The notes beneath the pieces were generated by a model. It saw only the letters and a list, made by a program, of their open reading frames with translations. It made no database searches and had not been told where the DNA came from. From an uncultured Pseudomonadota bacterium (lineage in GTDB: Bacteria > Oederibacteriota > Muellerivitia > Muellerivitales > Muellerivitaceae), in NCBI GenBank assembly GCA_963843375.1, contig CAWJKT010000004.1:384001-448000 (forward strand): a DNA stretch of 64,000 nucleotides. The letters run 5' to 3'. A program made the position numbers and the translations under genes. Every line of letters starts with the position of its first letter. Position 1 is the stretch's first letter. This document shows, piece by piece, positions 60,510 through 64,000 of the stretch.

Positions 60510-61346
60510 ATGAACAAATTGCCTTTAGAAAAACGAATCCAAATTATCCAAATGCTCTGCGAGGGTTCTTCGTTGCGGTCCATTTCTAGGGTTGCGGATG
60601 TTTCATTCAACACCGTTTTAAAAATGGTAGTTACGGCAGGGCAAGCCTGTTCAGCCTATCACGATGCCCAGGTTAAGGGCATAACCAGCAAGCGGGTGCA
60701 ATGCGATGAAATTTGGTCGTTTTGCTATGCCAAACAGAAACAAGCCATACACCTTAAAAATCCAAATGCCGGTGATGTTTGGACCTGGACGGCCATAGAC
60801 GCCGACACGAAGTTAATTATTAGCTACATGGTAGGGAATAGGGACTCTGATTCGGCCATCTTACTCATGGACGATCTGCGGGGAAGGTTAGAAAACAGGG
60901 TTCAATTAACCACGGACGGCCATCATGCTTATTTAGACGCTGTAGAAGGGGCTTTTGGGGGAAATATAGATTATGCCCAATTGATTAAGATTTATGGCCC
61001 TTCTTCCGAAGCTGTCAAGGGTCGTTATAGCCCTGCCGAATGCACAGGAGCCCGTAAAACCCCAATTACTGGGAAGCCAGATAATGACCACATCAGCACG
61101 TCATACGTCGAGAGGCAAAACCTTAATATTCGCATGGGAATGAGGCGTTTTACCCGCTTAACTAACGCCTTCTCAAAGAAAATTGAAAATCATTGCTACG
61201 CTTTGGCCTTATATTTCATGTTTTATAACTTCGTGCGGATTCATACGACCCTAAAAGTAAGCCCTGCTATGGCTTCCGGTGTAACCAATAAACTTTGGGA
61301 AATGAAGGATTTAGCCACCATGATTGATGAATATTCGGTAAGTTAA
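60510..61346 (+). CDS. IS1-family DDE transposase (single ORF)
   Basis: N-terminal HTH (EGSSLRSISR), VQCDEIWSF, LTTDG, VERQNL, RRFTRLT..FSKK. Confidence 0.92.
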   Translation: MNKLPLEKRIQIIQMLCEGSSLRSISRVADVSFNTVLKMVVTAGQACSAYHDAQVKGITSKRVQCDEIWSFCYAKQKQAIHLKNPNAGDVWTWTAIDADTKLIISYMVGNRDSDSAILLMDDLRGRLENRVQLTTDGHHAYLDAVEGAFGGNIDYAQLIKIYGPSSEAVKGRYSPAECTGARKTPITGKPDNDHISTSYVERQNLNIRMGMRRFTRLTNAFSKKIENHCYALALYFMFYNFVRIHTTLKVSPAMASGVTNKLWEMKDLATMIDEYSVS

Positions 61347-61347
61347 A

Positions 61348-61527
61348 ATGCACTTCATCCATGATGTTTTGGTTTATTTGATAATAATTATGATTGTGGT
61401 TGGAGGTTATGGGACAAGTTCAGCGAGCCCAAAAAGAGCTAAAATATATACATTGCTGTTTGGATTGGGGTTTTTAGGTTTATTTGTGGAAACAATCTGG
61501 AATGCCTTTAAGGTGCTTTTTAAATAA
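61348..61527 (+). CDS. 59 aa two-TM passenger protein inside the IS
   Basis: Hand translation MHFIHDVLVYLIIIMIVVGGYGTSSASPKRAKIYTLLFGLGFLGLFVETIWNAFKVLFK*; starts 1 nt after transposase stop, ends just before right IR. Confidence 0.55.
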   Translation: MHFIHDVLVYLIIIMIVVGGYGTSSASPKRAKIYTLLFGLGFLGLFVETIWNAFKVLFK

Positions 61528-61759
61528 CCCCAAATTCAAAATGAGTCACTACCAACGTTTGGAATGGGTTGCTATCCCTATCATCGTGGACCTGGAGTCG
61601 ACGTGACGGTTCACGACAACCGGTGGCATTATGACCATGATTATGACGATGGTTGGCGCGCGAACCATCCGTGGCATGCGGACCGGAATGACTGGGATCA
61701 TTGATCCCTGACGAAAAGGGAACGCTTTTGTTCCTGAAAAACGCAATGGTTTTGATCCG

Positions 61760-61792
61760 AACGCTCAACCCAGAGGGTTGGGCGTTTTTTTT
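61760..61792 (+). terminator. intrinsic terminator after lipoprotein gene
   Basis: AACGCTCAACCC-aga-GGGTTGGGCGTT plus T run. Confidence 0.8.
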
Positions 61793-61837
61793 GTCTTGCA
61801 GGAAGATGTTTCTGGAGAACGGGTCCAATTTGAAAGA

Positions 61838-61871
61838 AATCAAAACGGGAATTAAGAAGCTCATTTTGATC
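61838..61871. promoter_or_regulatory. paired upstream activator motif, copy 4
   Basis: AATCAAAACGGGA-N8-GCTCATTTTGATC. Confidence 0.7.
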
Positions 61872-61912
61872 GCTCTAATGACTGTGGTCCTTGGGATTAG
61901 GAAGGGGTTTAC

Positions 61913-61928
61913 GGGCCCATTTCTTGCT
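61913..61928 (+). promoter_or_regulatory. sigma54 -24/-12 promoter of sodC operon
   Basis: GGGCCCATTTCTTGCT. Confidence 0.7.
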
Positions 61929-62002
61929 CTATCTATTCAAGTTGCCGACCAGCATTCCGTTGGTTTTAGCCGGTACCTGTTGTTCAAATGAACGGATCAT
62001 TG

Positions 62003-62533
62003 ATGAAAAAAATAATTTTGGTTTTGCTTTTTGTTTTTTCCGCAGGAATGATTCAGGCCGATGTGATCGCAAATACCGTGACGCCTTCTTTGCGCGCGAT
62101 GTGCACTTTGTCACCAGCCTCAGATAGCCGGGTAAAGGGATGGGTTCAGTTCACTCAAAAGAACGGTTATGTGGTGGTCGAAGGGGAAATCAGCGGATTG
62201 ACCCCGGGAAAACACGAATTTCACGTACATGAAAAAGGGGATTGCTCGGTTCTGGATGCATCTTCCGCAGGGGGAGATTTCAATCCCACGCACATGGAAC
62301 ACGGAGATCCTGCCAGCCCTATGCGGCACCTGGGAGATTTGGGTAATATCCGCGCGGATAAGAGCGGAAACGCGAAGTTCAAGTTCCACGAAAAAATTAT
62401 CCAGCTGACGGGCGATGAGTCGATTCTGAACAAATCCTTGATCTTACATGCCGACCCGGACGACATGAAAACCCAACCATCAGGGAATGCGGGAAAACGG
62501 GTCGCTTGTGGTGTCATTGAGCAGATGCATTAA
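62003..62533 (+). CDS. sodC: periplasmic Cu/Zn superoxide dismutase family protein
   Basis: FHVHEKGDC, FNP...HG, RHLGDLGNI, ILHA..DD...QPSGNAGKRVACGVI. Confidence 0.9.
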   Translation: MKKIILVLLFVFSAGMIQADVIANTVTPSLRAMCTLSPASDSRVKGWVQFTQKNGYVVVEGEISGLTPGKHEFHVHEKGDCSVLDASSAGGDFNPTHMEHGDPASPMRHLGDLGNIRADKSGNAKFKFHEKIIQLTGDESILNKSLILHADPDDMKTQPSGNAGKRVACGVIEQMH

Positions 62534-62609
62534 GTTTATGGGACTTGTTTTTTTCGAAAGCTTGGCGTTTTTTTCGGGACTGGAAGTTCACAAATAAAAG
62601 GAGTCGATA

Positions 62610-63215
62610 ATGAAAAATAAAATGTTAAGTGGGTTGATGGTTTCAATTTTGTTCGCCGGGATCGCCGGGTTGTCCCTGGCGGAGGATGACAACCGTATTA
62701 TCGGTAAGCTTGGCCAAAATTCGCCAAAAGATCACTTGAGGACAGCTTCTCTTTACTTGGTTTTTAAGGGAAACAAGGACAACAGTCTGCCCGCCCTTCC
62801 CTCGGGGGACAAAACCCGGTTTTATTCCAAGGTTTGGGATGGTTTATATCTGCAAGTCATCACCGAGCCTGGGGAAAAGGGCAACGAGGGTTATATGTTT
62901 TCTTTTTCCGGAGATGAGGGAAATTTGAATGCCGTGGATACGAATGAATCTCGAGATGTTCCCTCCTTGCGGGAAGTTTCCGCCGCTGATTTTCGAAGTG
63001 ATGATAATTTCTCGATTCGTCCACTGAAACCGGGACCCGGAACACCGGAAGATCGTGGCGCGCAGCGGCTGATTCATTATGACGGTTTTGATGTGGAAAT
63101 CCGGGTGCTCGAATTTAATATTGGCGACGCCGGATTGAAGGAAAAACCTTATTTTAAATCCATTTCCTGCCTAGTAACGGTGAAGGAAACTACGCCGATT
63201 GTGTCGATGAAGTAA
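62610..63215 (+). CDS. secreted hypothetical protein
   Basis: AGGAG RBS, signal peptide (SLA). Confidence 0.75.
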   Translation: MKNKMLSGLMVSILFAGIAGLSLAEDDNRIIGKLGQNSPKDHLRTASLYLVFKGNKDNSLPALPSGDKTRFYSKVWDGLYLQVITEPGEKGNEGYMFSFSGDEGNLNAVDTNESRDVPSLREVSAADFRSDDNFSIRPLKPGPGTPEDRGAQRLIHYDGFDVEIRVLEFNIGDAGLKEKPYFKSISCLVTVKETTPIVSMK

Positions 63216-63254
63216 CAAACCAGCTTGAACACCAACTGGAAAAGGAGAAATAGT

Positions 63255-63419
63255 ATGTCCGAAGAAAGAGATCGTGAGATTCCGGAAGAAAGCTTTGTCA
63301 CCCCCGACCATGTTGAAACTGCGGCTTACTATAAGTGGTTGTCCCGCAGGCGGCCTCTTAACGATTCACTGATGGACTGGGTGGACGCGCACAAAGAATT
63401 AATACAAGCAGCTCGATAA
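63255..63419 (+). CDS. DUF2934-like small protein
   Basis: AAYYKW..R..P....DW..A..EL; AGGAG RBS. Confidence 0.75.
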   Translation: MSEERDREIPEESFVTPDHVETAAYYKWLSRRRPLNDSLMDWVDAHKELIQAAR

Positions 63420-63505
63420 TCATTTTCGAAATAACAGAAAGACGGTTGTGATGGCTTTGACAAAGGGATCTTCATCCTTGAGTTCAATAAGAAAAAGGCG
63501 GCGGC

Positions 63506-63724
63506 ATGACGAAGCAACAACATGAACACCAGTACCTTTCGATTTCGGAACCGGGTACCAACGACGTCCACATCCCTTATTGGCGGTGCGCGCATTGCGA
63601 CTGGCATTTCTTGGCTCTTGGGGTTCTGATGCTGGCGGTCATGGCGATCTACATGCTAACCCTTGATTTGTGCATGAGGCCTCACAGTGAGACGCCTTTG
63701 TTGCAGGAAAACATTGGAGAATAA
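63506..63724 (+). CDS. small single-TM protein
   Basis: 72 aa; PYW..AH.DW.F..GV.LML..M.IY. Confidence 0.6.
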   Translation: MTKQQHEHQYLSISEPGTNDVHIPYWRCAHCDWHFLALGVLMLAVMAIYMLTLDLCMRPHSETPLLQENIGE

Positions 63725-63727
63725 AAA

Positions 63728-63907
63728 ATGAAACGCATAACCAAGTGGAGCTTCCAAAATCGAAGTAAAAATCAAAAGGGCCAAACGACAACTTATGCCG
63801 TCGTCCTCGGTTTTTTGATCGCAGTGGGATTGTTTGTCGCGATCAAATATTTTTATGACCGGGACAACGATATCAACATTCACCTGCCCAGGGTAGAAGT
63901 GCATTAA
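63728..63907 (+). CDS. 59 aa single-TM protein
   Basis: Hand translation MKRITKWSFQNRSKNQKGQTTTYAVVLGFLIAVGLFVAIKYFYDRDNDINIHLPRVEVH*; GGAG RBS. Confidence 0.6.
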   Translation: MKRITKWSFQNRSKNQKGQTTTYAVVLGFLIAVGLFVAIKYFYDRDNDINIHLPRVEVH

Positions 63908-63942
63908 CGGTATTTGGGATTTAATCTTTATCAAGAAGGAGT

Positions 63943-64000
63943 ATGGATATGTTCACGGGATTACTGGGTTTATTGGTATTTATCGGCGATGTTTGGGCTA
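63943..64000 (+). CDS. start of probable PLDc_N-type small membrane protein (truncated by window edge)
   Basis: AAGGAG RBS; MDMFTGLLGLLVFIGDVWA. Confidence 0.5.
   Translation, partial: MDMFTGLLGLLVFIGDVWA

Larger units (their letters stand above)
59746..61553 (+). mobile_element. IS1-family insertion element with passenger genes (1808 bp)
   Basis: Perfect 21-bp IRs GGTAGTGACTCATTTTGAATT; 8-bp direct repeat AACGTTTG at 59738-59745 and 61554-61561; DDE transposase. Confidence 0.93.
59688..61704 (+). pseudogene. small His/Asp/Trp-rich lipoprotein gene interrupted by the IS
   Basis: Joining 59688-59745 to 61562-61704 restores a 66 aa ORF with GGAGG RBS and GMGC lipobox-like Cys. Confidence 0.85.

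Overview
Bacterial chromosomal DNA using the standard code, from a diderm (outer-membrane beta-barrels, lipoproteins). The Thr/Pro-linker plus 'YPNP...LANGLYY' C-terminal domain hints at a poorly characterised candidate phylum, but I cannot assign the taxon. About 1-47.5 kb is mostly housekeeping and envelope genes: GT-C glycosyltransferases, cyclophilin, S53 protease, S1/P1 nuclease, queG, mtnB/mtnD, moeB-rhodanese, galK, bcp, icd, mdh, cysC, aconitase, copZ/copA. Many of these genes are split by small indels that look like sequencing or assembly errors. About 47.7-64 kb is a stress-gene cluster (YceI, DedA, pirin, Crp, Zn-ADH, rhodanese, porins, Fe/Mn-SOD, rubredoxin-like protein, Dps, SodC, DUF2934, small membrane proteins) around a XylR/DmpR-type V4R sigma54 activator. 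In it I read seven -24/-12 promoters and four copies of a paired palindromic upstream motif, a candidate sigma54 stress regulon with its operator. A 1808-bp IS1-family element (21-bp perfect IRs, 8-bp target duplication, three passenger ORFs) has inserted into a small His/Asp/Trp-rich lipoprotein gene in this cluster. No rRNA, tRNA or CRISPR array was recognised. Family assignments come from motif recognition by eye, not database searches.
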